Counted from the first letter of the stretch, positions 1 through 9,414 are shown. The stretch: DNA of 47,214 bases from a bacterium (GCA_044869275.1 JBIOXB010000142.1:1-47214), one strand, 5' to 3'. Program-made: numbers and translations. The notes: a model not told the origin generated them from the sequence alone.

Positions 1-46
1 GCTCGTCCGTTAAAGTCAATTTGGCTCTCTTGGTTTTTCGTGGCAT
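1..46 (-). CDS. 5' fragment (runs off window) of a probable IS630-family transposase
   Basis: Minus-strand ATG at 46-44 preceded by GAGGT RBS; reads MPRKTKRAKLTLTDE, resembling IS630-type transposase N-termini; not in ORF track. Confidence 0.5.
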   Translation of the reverse strand, partial: MPRKTKRAKLTLTDE

Positions 47-74
47 AATTACCTCGCGAATAGGTTCGAGAGGT

Positions 75-103
75 AATATACAAAATTAAAACTTATTTGT
101 AAA
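75..103 (-). promoter_or_regulatory. sigma70-type promoter for the minus-strand ORF
   Basis: -35 TTTACA (103-98), 17-bp spacer, -10 TATATT (80-75). Confidence 0.55.
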
Positions 104-187
104 TGTTTTTATGAATCTATGTACTAGGTCGTTTGATTCGAACGCTGGTGAATGAGAAAAATCCTGGTGGCGAAAAGGAGAAAGACC

Positions 188-3100
188 ATGTCTTCGCGAA
201 CTAAAGGCTTGATGATTGTCTGCTTTGTCCCGTTCGCCCTTCTCGCTCAAGGGACACGGTTGGTTCGCAATCCTGCTGTCAGTGATCAGGCAATCGTCTT
301 CGTCTATGCGAACGATCTGTGGACGATGGGTCGCGATGGCGGCGAGGCGCGCAGATTGACAACCTCGCAGGGGATTGAAACTGGGCCATACTTTTCACCG
401 GATGGCCAGTCGATTGCCTTCACTGGCAACTATACCGGCAACAGCGAGGTCTATGTGGTGAGCGCTGCTGGGGGAGAGCCGCGACGGCTGACATGGCACC
501 CAGGCTTCGATCGCGCCGCGGGATGGACTTCCGACGGCAAGCGCGTCCTCATCGCTTCGAACCGGGCCAGCGCGCCGGTGTCCTTCCTTCAATTGTGGAC
601 CGTGCCGGCGGATGGCGGTTTGCCCGAGTGGCTGCCCATCCGCTCGGCGGTGCAGGCTTCATACTCAGCAAACGGAAAGCTTCTGGCCTATGAGGACCTG
701 AGATGGCAGTCCGAATGGAAGTGGTACCGTGGTGGCCAGGCCAAGCCCATCCGCATCGTCTCCCTTCCCGACCTCGCACAGATCGACGTGCCAGGACCAG
801 TCAGCGTCAATTCCCACCCTGTATTCATCGGCGACCAGCTCTACTTTCTCTCAGACCGCAACGGTTCGTTCAACGTCTTTTCATATGACTCCGCGACCAA
901 GACGGTCATACAGGTGACACGTTACAACGACACAGATGTTAAATCGCTGGCAGCGGGCGGCGGGATCCTCGTCTACGAGGTGGCCGGCGTCCTCCACACG
1001 CAGAAACCGCAAACCGGCGAAGATAAGGAGCTGACCATTATAGCGCGTGGAGACTTCCCGTGGGCCATGACGCAATGGAAAGACGTGAAGAAGGATATCG
1101 TCGCTGCTTCTCTATCGCCGAACGGAGCGCGCGCGCTGTTCGAAGCACGCGGCGAAATCTTTACTGTTCCGGCCGAGAAGGGAAACGTTCGCAACCTTAC
1201 GCGCTCGCCCGGCGCCGCTGACCGCGCGCCGGCGTGGTCGCCGGATGGGCAGAAGATCGCCTGGTTCTCTGATCAGAGCGGAGAGTATCAACTGATGATT
1301 GCGGATCAGAATGGTCTGCTTCCGCCCAAGTCTATCACTCTCGACCACCCCAGCTTCTACTTCGATCTTGCCTGGGCCCCTGACTCGAAGAAGCTGGCGT
1401 TCACGAGCGCAGATCGGCATCTTTTCATTGCCAATGTCGAGAAGGCAACCGTGCTTCGCGTGGACACCGACCGCATGGCTCATCCCGAAAGAAGCATGGT
1501 GCCGGTCTGGGCCCCCGACTCGCGTTGGATTGCTTACGCCAAGCAGCTCCCAAACAAGTTTCGCGGCATCATGATCTACTCCCTGAGCGAGGGCAAGTCG
1601 TACCAAATAACCGATGGTCTGTCTGATGCCGTTGTGCCGCTGTGGGATAAGGGTGGAAAGTATCTCTATTTCCTGGCTAGCACTGATGCCGGTCTGAACA
1701 CCGGATGGCTTGACCTCAGCTCGTTGGAACGGCCGCAGCGCCGAGGCGTGTATTTCGTGGTGCTCGCGAAGGATGTTGCCTCTCCATTATTGCCCGAGAG
1801 CGACGACGAGAAAGCACCGGACGAGGGGAAGGATAAGAAGAAAGAGAAGGAAGAGACCAAAAAGACGGGAGCGGATTCCGTTATCGCAAAGATCGATTTC
1901 GATGGCATTGTCAACCGCATCCTCTCCCTGCCACTTCCCTTGCGCAACTACACCGGCCTGGATCGTGGACCGACCGGTATCCTGTTTGTTTCCGAAGCCG
2001 CACTGCCATTCTACCCCGAAAGCCCATCGGGGCCCACGATAACGGTGCGCCGCTGGGATATGGGCAAGCGCAAAGATACCACGTTCCTTACGAACGTCAA
2101 GTTCTTCACCGTCTCGTTTAACGGCGTCAAGGTGCTCTACCGCCAGGAAGACGACTGGTTCATCGCCGCGTCGGAGAGCGAGCCGGAGGCGGGCAAGGGC
2201 AAGCTGAACGTCGAACTGCAGATGAACCTGGACCCTGTCGCCGAGTGGCGTCAGATTTACCGTGAGGCGTGGCGCCTGCACCGGGATTTCTTCTATGTGC
2301 CAAACTACCATGGAACCGACTGGAATGCCGTATACGCCAAGTACGCCCCATTGCTACCCTTCGTCCGCCATCGTGCGGATCTGAACTATCTGCTTGATAT
2401 GATGGGCGGCGAGCTTGCAGTGGGCCATCACTTCGTGGGAGGGGGAGACCTGGGAGATCAGAAGACAACACCGATCGGTTTGCTCGGTGCCGACCTCATC
2501 GTCGAGAACAATCGTTATCGTTTCCAGCGAATCCTCACAGGCGAAAACTGGAATCCCGATTTGCGCGCTCCGCTCGCGGCACCGGGTGTCAACGTGCACG
2601 AGGGCGACTACCTCCTGGCAGTCAACGGCGTCGCACTAATTCCGCCAGTCACTCCTGAGGCCGCACTCGAAGGTCTCGCCGAGAAGCAGGTAACGTTGTC
2701 AGTGAATTCTCGTCCTTCCACGGAGGAAGCGCGCAACGTCACAGTGGTTCCGGTTGGCAGCGACGCGGCCCTGCGGTCTCGAGCATGGGTCGAGGACAAT
2801 CGCAGGTACGTGGATAAGCTGTCGGCCGGCGCTCTTGCCTACGTCTGGCTGCCGAACACGGCGGATGCAGGCTACAACTATTTCAACCGGTACTATTTCG
2901 GGCAGCAGGATCGGCAGGGAGCGATTCTCGACGAGCGGTTTAACGGTGGCGGATACATCGCTGACTACATCATCGACATCGTCGCGCGCAAGTTGCGGGG
3001 TTATTTTAACAACCCCATCGGCACCCGTGAGCCGTGGACCGAGCCGCTTGCCGGCATCTGGGGACCCAAGGTCATGCTCATCAACGAGTTTGCCGGGTCG

Positions 3101-3451
3101 GGCGGAGACATGATGCCCTTCATGTTCCGCCAACATCAGCTCGGCCCTCTGGTCGGGACTAGAACGTGGGGCGGACTGGTGGGCATTTGGGATTTTCCAG
3201 CGTTGATTGATGGTGGCGTCGTCACTGTGCCGCGGGGCGGCTTCTTCAACCTCCAAGGGGAATGGGATGTCGAGAATGAGGGAATTGAACCCGATATTGG
3301 TGTGGATATCACTCCGAGGGATGTTGCAGCCGGTCGTGATCCTCAATTGGAGCGTGGCGTCCAGGAAGCGCTTCGCCTATTGGAAGCAGCTCCAGTGAAA
3401 CTGCTGAAGGAACCGTCGCCACCACTTCGCGTCAGGCCAAAGGGCGAGTGA
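188..3451 (+). CDS. Tricorn-like S41 family protease (PD40 beta-propellers, PDZ, S41 catalytic domain), exported
   Basis: PD40-like repeats (P.FSPDG, PAWSPDG), DERFNGGG and catalytic AGSGGD motifs, GTRTWGG; AGGAG RBS at 176-180 favours ATG 188. Confidence 0.93.
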   Translation: MSSRTKGLMIVCFVPFALLAQGTRLVRNPAVSDQAIVFVYANDLWTMGRDGGEARRLTTSQGIETGPYFSPDGQSIAFTGNYTGNSEVYVVSAAGGEPRRLTWHPGFDRAAGWTSDGKRVLIASNRASAPVSFLQLWTVPADGGLPEWLPIRSAVQASYSANGKLLAYEDLRWQSEWKWYRGGQAKPIRIVSLPDLAQIDVPGPVSVNSHPVFIGDQLYFLSDRNGSFNVFSYDSATKTVIQVTRYNDTDVKSLAAGGGILVYEVAGVLHTQKPQTGEDKELTIIARGDFPWAMTQWKDVKKDIVAASLSPNGARALFEARGEIFTVPAEKGNVRNLTRSPGAADRAPAWSPDGQKIAWFSDQSGEYQLMIADQNGLLPPKSITLDHPSFYFDLAWAPDSKKLAFTSADRHLFIANVEKATVLRVDTDRMAHPERSMVPVWAPDSRWIAYAKQLPNKFRGIMIYSLSEGKSYQITDGLSDAVVPLWDKGGKYLYFLASTDAGLNTGWLDLSSLERPQRRGVYFVVLAKDVASPLLPESDDEKAPDEGKDKKKEKEETKKTGADSVIAKIDFDGIVNRILSLPLPLRNYTGLDRGPTGILFVSEAALPFYPESPSGPTITVRRWDMGKRKDTTFLTNVKFFTVSFNGVKVLYRQEDDWFIAASESEPEAGKGKLNVELQMNLDPVAEWRQIYREAWRLHRDFFYVPNYHGTDWNAVYAKYAPLLPFVRHRADLNYLLDMMGGELAVGHHFVGGGDLGDQKTTPIGLLGADLIVENNRYRFQRILTGENWNPDLRAPLAAPGVNVHEGDYLLAVNGVALIPPVTPEAALEGLAEKQVTLSVNSRPSTEEARNVTVVPVGSDAALRSRAWVEDNRRYVDKLSAGALAYVWLPNTADAGYNYFNRYYFGQQDRQGAILDERFNGGGYIADYIIDIVARKLRGYFNNPIGTREPWTEPLAGIWGPKVMLINEFAGSGGDMMPFMFRQHQLGPLVGTRTWGGLVGIWDFPALIDGGVVTVPRGGFFNLQGEWDVENEGIEPDIGVDITPRDVAAGRDPQLERGVQEALRLLEAAPVKLLKEPSPPLRVRPKGE

Positions 3452-3564
3452 ATAGGACATTGGTGAGGGCATGTAAGAGTTTGATTCATTCTTTTTTGCG
3501 GTATATATCTTGGGAGCAACAATATATTGGCCGGATTGCGGAAGCGAGTATTCCCGCCCGATGC

Positions 3565-3637
3565 GGGACCCGGTGCGGGAAAACTGCATGTTGGGAACTG
3601 TGCGGAGGGCACGGGAAACCCGTGTCCCTACCGCGAC
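3565..3637 (+). ncRNA. Group II intron 3' end remnant (domains V-VI), no RT ORF
   Basis: DV-like CCCGG-TGCGG-GAAAA-CTGCA-TG-TTGGG, then DVI GCGG-AGGGCACGG-GAAAC-CCGTGTCCCT-A-CCGC-GAC with bulged A at 3630 (position -8) and AC terminus; catalytic triad degenerate. Confidence 0.75.
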
Positions 3638-3699
3638 GCCGGACATCCGCACCGGACAGCGCACGGCGAAGGCAATGAGGGGAATTTGGTGTACTGCTC

Positions 3700-4281
3700 A
3701 TGAATCCGTGGATCGCCAAGGCTGTAATCCTGGCCGCCAGCACCGTGATGGTCGCGATTCGTGCACCACACGGACAGCGCAGTCGCGGGGTTAAGGTCGT
3801 CAAAGACCGCAAGGGAGGGTTGGAGGTTGCCCTTCTCTTCCTCGCGATGCTCGGTTTCTTCGTGCCGCTGATCTGGATGGTCTTGCCGTTGTTTGCATTT
3901 GCGGAGTACTCGCTTCGTCCGCTTCCGCTTGTCGCTGGGATTGCATTCTTCGTCGTGGGCCTGTGGTTTTTCTACCGGTCGCACGCGTACCTTGGGACGA
4001 ACTGGTCCATCACGCTGCAGGTGCGGGAGAATCATCGACTCATCACACAAGGTGTATATCGGCACGTGCGCCATCCTATGTACGCGGCGTTGTTCCTCTA
4101 CTCTATCGGCCAGCTGCTCGTGCTACCGAACTGGGTCGCTGGACCTTCTTACTTGGTCACTTTCGGGATTCTCTTCGCGCTACGCGTGCGTGCTGAAGAG
4201 AGACTGATGCTCGAGGAATTCGGCGCTGACTACTCGGCGTACATGAAGAAGACGAAGAGGCTGGTTCCTGGTCTCTGGTGA
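3700..4281 (+). CDS. Isoprenylcysteine carboxyl methyltransferase (ICMT/Ste14) family membrane protein
   Basis: Multiple TM helices; LGTNWS, GVYRHVRHPMY and EE..MLEEFG..Y..Y motifs. Confidence 0.9.
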   Translation: MNPWIAKAVILAASTVMVAIRAPHGQRSRGVKVVKDRKGGLEVALLFLAMLGFFVPLIWMVLPLFAFAEYSLRPLPLVAGIAFFVVGLWFFYRSHAYLGTNWSITLQVRENHRLITQGVYRHVRHPMYAALFLYSIGQLLVLPNWVAGPSYLVTFGILFALRVRAEERLMLEEFGADYSAYMKKTKRLVPGLW

Positions 4282-4285
4282 TACA

Positions 4286-4319
4286 AATCCGCACTAGTGG
4301 CCGCCATTCCCACCGCGAC
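4286..4319 (+). other. Second, internally deleted group II intron 3' end remnant
   Basis: AAATCCGCAC (DV loop/3' arm-like) followed by GGCCGCCATTCCCACCGCGAC, matching the ...CCTACCGCGAC terminus at 3627-3637. Confidence 0.45.
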
Positions 4320-4452
4320 GAGCGCATTTCTCTTTCGGCCACGATACGCGGCCCCAGAGGTAGTATGACCGATCCAAATCAAGTGCTTATGGCCAATCTC
4401 ATTGAGGCGCTTCAGCAGTTGCAGCGTTATATTGTTGATCAGGAGAACGAAA

Positions 4453-4959
4453 ATGGAACCCACATCGAGTGCAATCGGGCTCATAGTGATCGTGACGCTC
4501 TACATCGCCATTGGTGTTATGTCGGCCGCTGGATCGGTCTACATAGCCAAGTCAATTTTTAGCGCAAAGGCAGAGCAGATATTTTTCGCGTTGTTTCTTA
4601 TCCCAATCGCCGGCTTTTATCTGGCCTTCACGGCTTACTTTGGAGATAAGGATGCGTGGCAGTTAGAAGCGACGGCAGTGGCAGTGTTTACTGTTTTCGG
4701 CCTAGCGGGAGTCCGAGTTTCATTTGCTCTCATCGTCGGATACCTGCTACATGGCCTATGGGACGCGGTCCACGAGTTTAGTGCTCATGCGGGCGGCTCT
4801 CTGTTGGGCACTCGGCAGATCACGTCCGTGCCACTAGCCTACGGCTTCTTTTGCGCCACATATGACTTTCTCATGGCAACATATTTCTACACTCGCCGCA
4901 AGCAATGGCGCGCGGCCTGGAGCGCGATAGAAGCAGTGACGCCGGTGCGCGAGGCATGA
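4453..4959 (+). CDS. Small multi-pass membrane protein (DUF6010-like)
   Basis: AGGAG RBS at 4441-4445 before ATG 4453; several TM helices; GYLLHGLWDAVH and VP..YG.FCATYD motifs. Confidence 0.7.
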   Translation: MEPTSSAIGLIVIVTLYIAIGVMSAAGSVYIAKSIFSAKAEQIFFALFLIPIAGFYLAFTAYFGDKDAWQLEATAVAVFTVFGLAGVRVSFALIVGYLLHGLWDAVHEFSAHAGGSLLGTRQITSVPLAYGFFCATYDFLMATYFYTRRKQWRAAWSAIEAVTPVREA

Positions 4960-5128
4960 TTTTCAATGCTGAACTTCTTCTTGTGCGCCCGCGCTGGAGC
5001 TTCAAGTGGGTGTCTTCGGGCGGCTCGGACTTCAACTTTGACTATCAGGCCTCGTTCACGCCAGAGGAAATGGCGACTAAGGATAAAAAGACGGGAGAGC
5101 TCAAAGAGGTGATGGGACAAGATTCTTC

Positions 5129-5156
5129 TTGACTTTACAAAAGACCGAATTATTTT
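5129..5156 (+). promoter_or_regulatory. Putative sigma70 promoter for the cytochrome/CRTAC1 operon
   Basis: TTGACT-16 bp-TATTTT. Confidence 0.35.
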
Positions 5157-5294
5157 AGATAGCGCAGTCCCTCGACGCAAGAATCCCCCAAAACTTTGAT
5201 CGACGCGGAGGTTCTTCAGACCATTGCCGGGCAATCTGAGAGTTTTCTTGGCTTGGGAAGAGTCTAAATTACCTTAACCATTTCGGAGAAAGGT

Positions 5295-7385
5295 ATGAAG
5301 AATCTCTTGAACGCAGCAAAGCAAATCTCCAAAGTCCGAGAGTGGCAACACCAACTGCTCTTTCTTGCCACCGGGCTGTTGCTCTTCGAGACATTGACGG
5401 GCCTTTCAATTTACTTGTTGCCGTTCAGCGTTTCGAATCAAACCATGGTTTTGTTGCACACCGTTGCCGGCCTCGTTTTTATCCTTCCCTATGCCTGGTA
5501 TCAACTCCGGCACTGGCTCATCTACCGTGAGCCGTCGATGACCCATGTCAAGCTGACCGGATATTTCTCGCTGGTCGCAACTCTGGTGGCGACGATCTCA
5601 GGCCTGGTGTTGACCTATCAGGCTCTCTTTCAAACCAAGATTTCTTCCGGCTGGGATTGGGCGCATATCATTTCGACTTTTGCGCTGATTGCCGCGCTGT
5701 TGCCTCACATTCTTGTCATTGTATGGCGCAATTTCAAAGCACGTCAGTTGGAAACGATGCAGCCGATGATGGCCGCACAAAAACAATTTGGCTGGAGGAC
5801 GCTGTTCACGGTGGCGGCGCTGTTTGCAGCGGCTGCAATTTTTGTGTACGCCTATGAGCCGGCCAGGCTGAACAACAAATTCCCTGACGGCTACAGTTAT
5901 CTCTACGGCCCGGCGCGGCCATTTGCTCCGAGCCTGGCGCGCACAACCACCAACGGCGCCTTTGACGCGCGTTCCCTGGGCGGCTCACAAAGCTGCGGCA
6001 CTTCGGGATGCCACGAGCAGATCGTCAAAGAATGGGAAGTCAGCGCGCATCGTTACGCCGCCCTCGATCCCGCGTTTCAAGCAGTGCAAAAAGTGATGGG
6101 CGAGCAAAACGGCGCGGAATCGACGCGCTATTGCGGCGGCTGCCATGATCCCATCTCTCTTTTCTCCGGCACGAAAAATATTTTCGTCGATAATTTGACC
6201 GGCCTCACCGGCTATCAGGAAGGCATCTCGTGCATCGTCTGTCATGCCATCAAAGAAACCGACGTCAAAGGCAATGCCAACTACGTGATCGCGCAGCCCC
6301 GGCGCTACATGTTCGAATTGAGCGAAGGAAACACGGCGCGCTTCTTTCGAGATTTCCTGATCCGCGCGTATCCCAAGTATCACATCGAGAGCCTGCAGCA
6401 CCGTCTCTTCAAGAGTCCGGAGTTTTGCGCGGCGTGTCACAAGCAGTTCATCGATCAGGAGATCAACAAAGTGGGATGGGTGCAACTGCAAAATCAGTAC
6501 GACAACTGGCGCAAGAGCCGGTGGAGTCACCCCGGCGATCCGGCTAAAACTATCGAGTGCCGTGAATGCCACATGCCGTTGCAGAATTCGCACGACCCGT
6601 CCAGCGGTGATGCACTCGATTACAATCGCACCGCCAAAGATGACAAGCATCGCAGCCATCGCTTCGTGGCCGCGAATCAATTCATCCCCAGCTTGATGAA
6701 GTTGCCCGGCGCCGCTGTACAAGATTCACTCACTGAAAAATGGCTGCGCGGTGAATATGAGATTCCCGAAATCGCGCATAAATGGAAAGCCGGACCTGCC
6801 GTGCCTATCGAGCTGATCGTGCCGGAAAAAGTCGTGCCCGGACAAGAGGTCAAGATTCAAGCCGTCATTACCAACAACAAGGTTGGCCACGATTTTCCCA
6901 CCGGCCCGTTGGACATCATTCAATCCTGGGTGGAATTGACGGTGACGGACCAGGAAGGCAACGTGCTTTTCAAGTCCGGCACGACGGATGAACGGCATTT
7001 CATCAAGCCCGGATCGTTCATTTTCAAAGCCGAGCCGGTTGACCAATACGGCAATCTCATCGATCGCCATAATCTTTGGGAAATGGTCGGTGTGCGTTAT
7101 CGCCGCTCGCTGTTTCCGGGATTCTCGGACAAGGCCGAATTCAGTTTTCCGTGCCCCACCAGCTCATCCCTCATGAGCCGGGAGCTTCCCGCCAAGGAAG
7201 AGTTTCGCATGAAAGCGCCAGGCCGTCGCGTGACGGAATTGCAGGTGACCGCGAAGCTCATGTACCGCAAGATCGACCAATTCTTGCTGAATTTCCTGAT
7301 GGGCGAAGGTTCCGGCCTCACCACGCCCGTATCCGTCATTTCTGAAGATCAGAAAAAAATTGCTGTCGAGACGGCGACGTGGTGA
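5295..7385 (+). CDS. Membrane-anchored multiheme c-type cytochrome (c554-like core) with His-bearing N-terminal TM bundle
   Basis: CGGCH, CIVCH, CAACH, CRECH plus atypical CGTSGCH; about 5 N-terminal TM helices with His residues; C-terminal beta-rich domain with VGHDFPTG. Confidence 0.88.
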   Translation: MKNLLNAAKQISKVREWQHQLLFLATGLLLFETLTGLSIYLLPFSVSNQTMVLLHTVAGLVFILPYAWYQLRHWLIYREPSMTHVKLTGYFSLVATLVATISGLVLTYQALFQTKISSGWDWAHIISTFALIAALLPHILVIVWRNFKARQLETMQPMMAAQKQFGWRTLFTVAALFAAAAIFVYAYEPARLNNKFPDGYSYLYGPARPFAPSLARTTTNGAFDARSLGGSQSCGTSGCHEQIVKEWEVSAHRYAALDPAFQAVQKVMGEQNGAESTRYCGGCHDPISLFSGTKNIFVDNLTGLTGYQEGISCIVCHAIKETDVKGNANYVIAQPRRYMFELSEGNTARFFRDFLIRAYPKYHIESLQHRLFKSPEFCAACHKQFIDQEINKVGWVQLQNQYDNWRKSRWSHPGDPAKTIECRECHMPLQNSHDPSSGDALDYNRTAKDDKHRSHRFVAANQFIPSLMKLPGAAVQDSLTEKWLRGEYEIPEIAHKWKAGPAVPIELIVPEKVVPGQEVKIQAVITNNKVGHDFPTGPLDIIQSWVELTVTDQEGNVLFKSGTTDERHFIKPGSFIFKAEPVDQYGNLIDRHNLWEMVGVRYRRSLFPGFSDKAEFSFPCPTSSSLMSRELPAKEEFRMKAPGRRVTELQVTAKLMYRKIDQFLLNFLMGEGSGLTTPVSVISEDQKKIAVETATW

Positions 7386-7404
7386 TGTCAATAAGGAAAA
7401 GCAG

Positions 7405-7484
7405 CACGCCAAGGCGCTAAGCCGCAAAGTGATCGCAAAGAAAAAACGCTTTGCGGATCCTTTGCGTCTCTGCGCCGTGGCGTG
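7405..7484. repeat. Palindromic REP-like element (CGCAAAG/CTTTGCG family)
   Basis: CACGCCAAGGCGC...CGCAAAG...CTTTGCG...GCGCCGTGGCGTG inverted arms; related copies at 39640-39815. Confidence 0.7.
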
Positions 7485-7512
7485 ATATTTTTGAATTTTG
7501 CCACGACAGCCT

Positions 7513-9318
7513 ATGTTCAAAACCCTCCCTCGTCGAAAACGCCTGCTGCTCATTACCGCAAGCACGGCCCTGCTGTTCTTGATTATTGTCGCCTGCGCGA
7601 TCTGGTTGCTTTTCAATCCCCAGGCGCACTATCAGCCCGGGGAGAAAATTGCAGGACTCACTGCCGAGCTGACTCGCTCCATTCCACCTGATTATCCCAA
7701 AATCAAATTTGTGAATGCGACTGAGGAAGCCGGCATCACCTTCCAGCATTTTTATGGCAAGCGCTCGATCCAGCTTCCCGAGGACATGGGCTCCGGCGCG
7801 GCGTGGGGCGACTATGACAACGACGGCTGGTTGGATTTATTCATCGCCAATCAGGCCGGCCCGATTTCCATGACGCCGGAAGAAGTCAAGAACTCTCCCG
7901 CCAAGTGCGCTTTATATCACAACAACGGCGACGGCACGTTCACCGAGATCAGCGCCCAGGCCGGCGTCGATTTCCGCGGCTGTTGCATGGCTGCCGCATG
8001 GGGCGATTACAACAACGACGGCTGGATCGACTTGTTTGTTTCCTGTTATGGTGAAAATGTGTTTTATCAAAACAATGGCGGCGGCAGTTTCACCGACAAA
8101 ACCAAAGCAACACGTCTCGGCGGCTTCAAAGGTTTTTGGGAAAGCGCCGCGTGGACAGATTTCAATCGCGACGGCTTTCTCGATCTCTACGTTTGCGGTT
8201 ACGTGAAGCACGTTTATCAGGAGACGCAACAGATCTCTTTGCAGTACGACGTCGAAGTTCCCGCCAGCATCAATCCTTCGTCCTTCGAGCCGGAACGCAA
8301 TCTGCTCTATCGCAACAACGGCAACGGCGCGTTTACGGAGATGGCGGAAAAGGCCGGCGTTGCCAACCCCCAAGGCCGCAGCCTGTCCGCCGCGTGGTGC
8401 GATTTTGACGAGGACGGCTGGCTGGATTTGTACGTGGCCAACGACGTCTCCGATAACGTGATGTTGCGCAATTTGGGAAACGAAAAATTCGAGGACATCA
8501 GCCACGCCGCCTGGGTGGCGGATTATCGCGGCGCGATGGGTTTGGGCGTGGGTGATTGGGACGGCGACCAGGATATGGATATTTTCATCACGCACTGGAT
8601 TGCCCAAGAAAATGCGCTTTACAGCAACCTGCATGCTCAACTGGCGGAACTGCACACCTCGTCCAAGGGACTTCGTTTCATGGATGAAGCCGACCGTTTC
8701 GGGCTCGGACAAATCGCGCTGGATTTCATCGGTTGGGGAACTTCTTTCTTCGATTACAACAATGACGGCAAATTGGATTTGTTCGTCGCCAATGGCAGCA
8801 CGTTTCAACAAAAGGAGAAGCCCTGGCTCTTGGAGCCGATGTCGTACCAGCTTTTCTGGAATCGCGGCGCCAAAGCGGGCTTCTATGAAATCGGCGCTGT
8901 GAGCGGTGAAATTTTTGAGCGCAAATACGTCGGGCGCGGCGCCGCATTTGGGGATTACGACAATGATGGCGACGTCGATATTTTTGTCGTGGAAAACGGC
9001 GGCCCGGGCTTGCTGCTGCGAAACGATGGTGGCAATCAAGGGCATTGGTTGGCGGTTCATCTCGAGGGCAGAAAGAGCAATCGCCAGGGCATCGGGGCCA
9101 GGTTGCGAGTGGTTGCGGGAGAGAGCGCGCAAATCCGTCAAGTCGGCGCGCAGGCTTCCTACTGCTCGCAAAATAGCTTGCTTGAGCATTTCGGTTTGGG
9201 AAGCACGGCTAAAGTGGATACTCTGGAAATCATTTGGCCCAGCGGCCGTCGCCAGACTTTACAAAACCTCGCTGCCGATCAAACCGTGAAAGTGATTGAA
9301 GGAGAAAGTGGTCTTTAA
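7513..9318 (+). CDS. CRTAC1-family protein (FG-GAP/VCBS repeats + ASPIC/UnbV domain), N-terminal TM anchor
   Basis: Repeated GDYDNDGxxDL motifs, EDMGSG start, C-terminal SY.SQ...HFGLG...WPSG; start could be TTG 7498. Confidence 0.9.
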   Translation: MFKTLPRRKRLLLITASTALLFLIIVACAIWLLFNPQAHYQPGEKIAGLTAELTRSIPPDYPKIKFVNATEEAGITFQHFYGKRSIQLPEDMGSGAAWGDYDNDGWLDLFIANQAGPISMTPEEVKNSPAKCALYHNNGDGTFTEISAQAGVDFRGCCMAAAWGDYNNDGWIDLFVSCYGENVFYQNNGGGSFTDKTKATRLGGFKGFWESAAWTDFNRDGFLDLYVCGYVKHVYQETQQISLQYDVEVPASINPSSFEPERNLLYRNNGNGAFTEMAEKAGVANPQGRSLSAAWCDFDEDGWLDLYVANDVSDNVMLRNLGNEKFEDISHAAWVADYRGAMGLGVGDWDGDQDMDIFITHWIAQENALYSNLHAQLAELHTSSKGLRFMDEADRFGLGQIALDFIGWGTSFFDYNNDGKLDLFVANGSTFQQKEKPWLLEPMSYQLFWNRGAKAGFYEIGAVSGEIFERKYVGRGAAFGDYDNDGDVDIFVVENGGPGLLLRNDGGNQGHWLAVHLEGRKSNRQGIGARLRVVAGESAQIRQVGAQASYCSQNSLLEHFGLGSTAKVDTLEIIWPSGRRQTLQNLAADQTVKVIEGESGL

Positions 9319-9414
9319 GTCCATTAGGAGTGAAATCGGTGCTTTTTTAGCAAAGAAAAATCTGAAAGCTTTTAGGCAGAATGATTTGATTGTGGTCGAT
9401 TGCGTTGAGTATAT

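Larger units (their letters stand above)
1..127 (-). mobile_element. Left end of a probable IS630-family insertion sequence
   Basis: AT-rich end TTTTTATGAATCTATGTACTAG terminating at TA/CTAG (IS630-type target), followed inward by promoter, RBS hairpin and transposase-like start. Confidence 0.5.

Noticed and set aside
3510..3794. 94-aa ORF
   Set aside because: Chance translation of the intron DV-DVI remnant, overlapping the ICMT gene
4938..4960. Third intron domain V remnant (GACGCCGGTGCGCGAGGCA)
   Set aside because: Too short, no DVI terminus, lies within coding sequence
3452..5290. Integron attC sites between the accessory genes
   Set aside because: No convincing RYYYAAC...GTTRRRY palindromes and no integrase
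7912..9189. 425-aa minus-strand ORF
   Set aside because: Antisense shadow of the CRTAC1 gene
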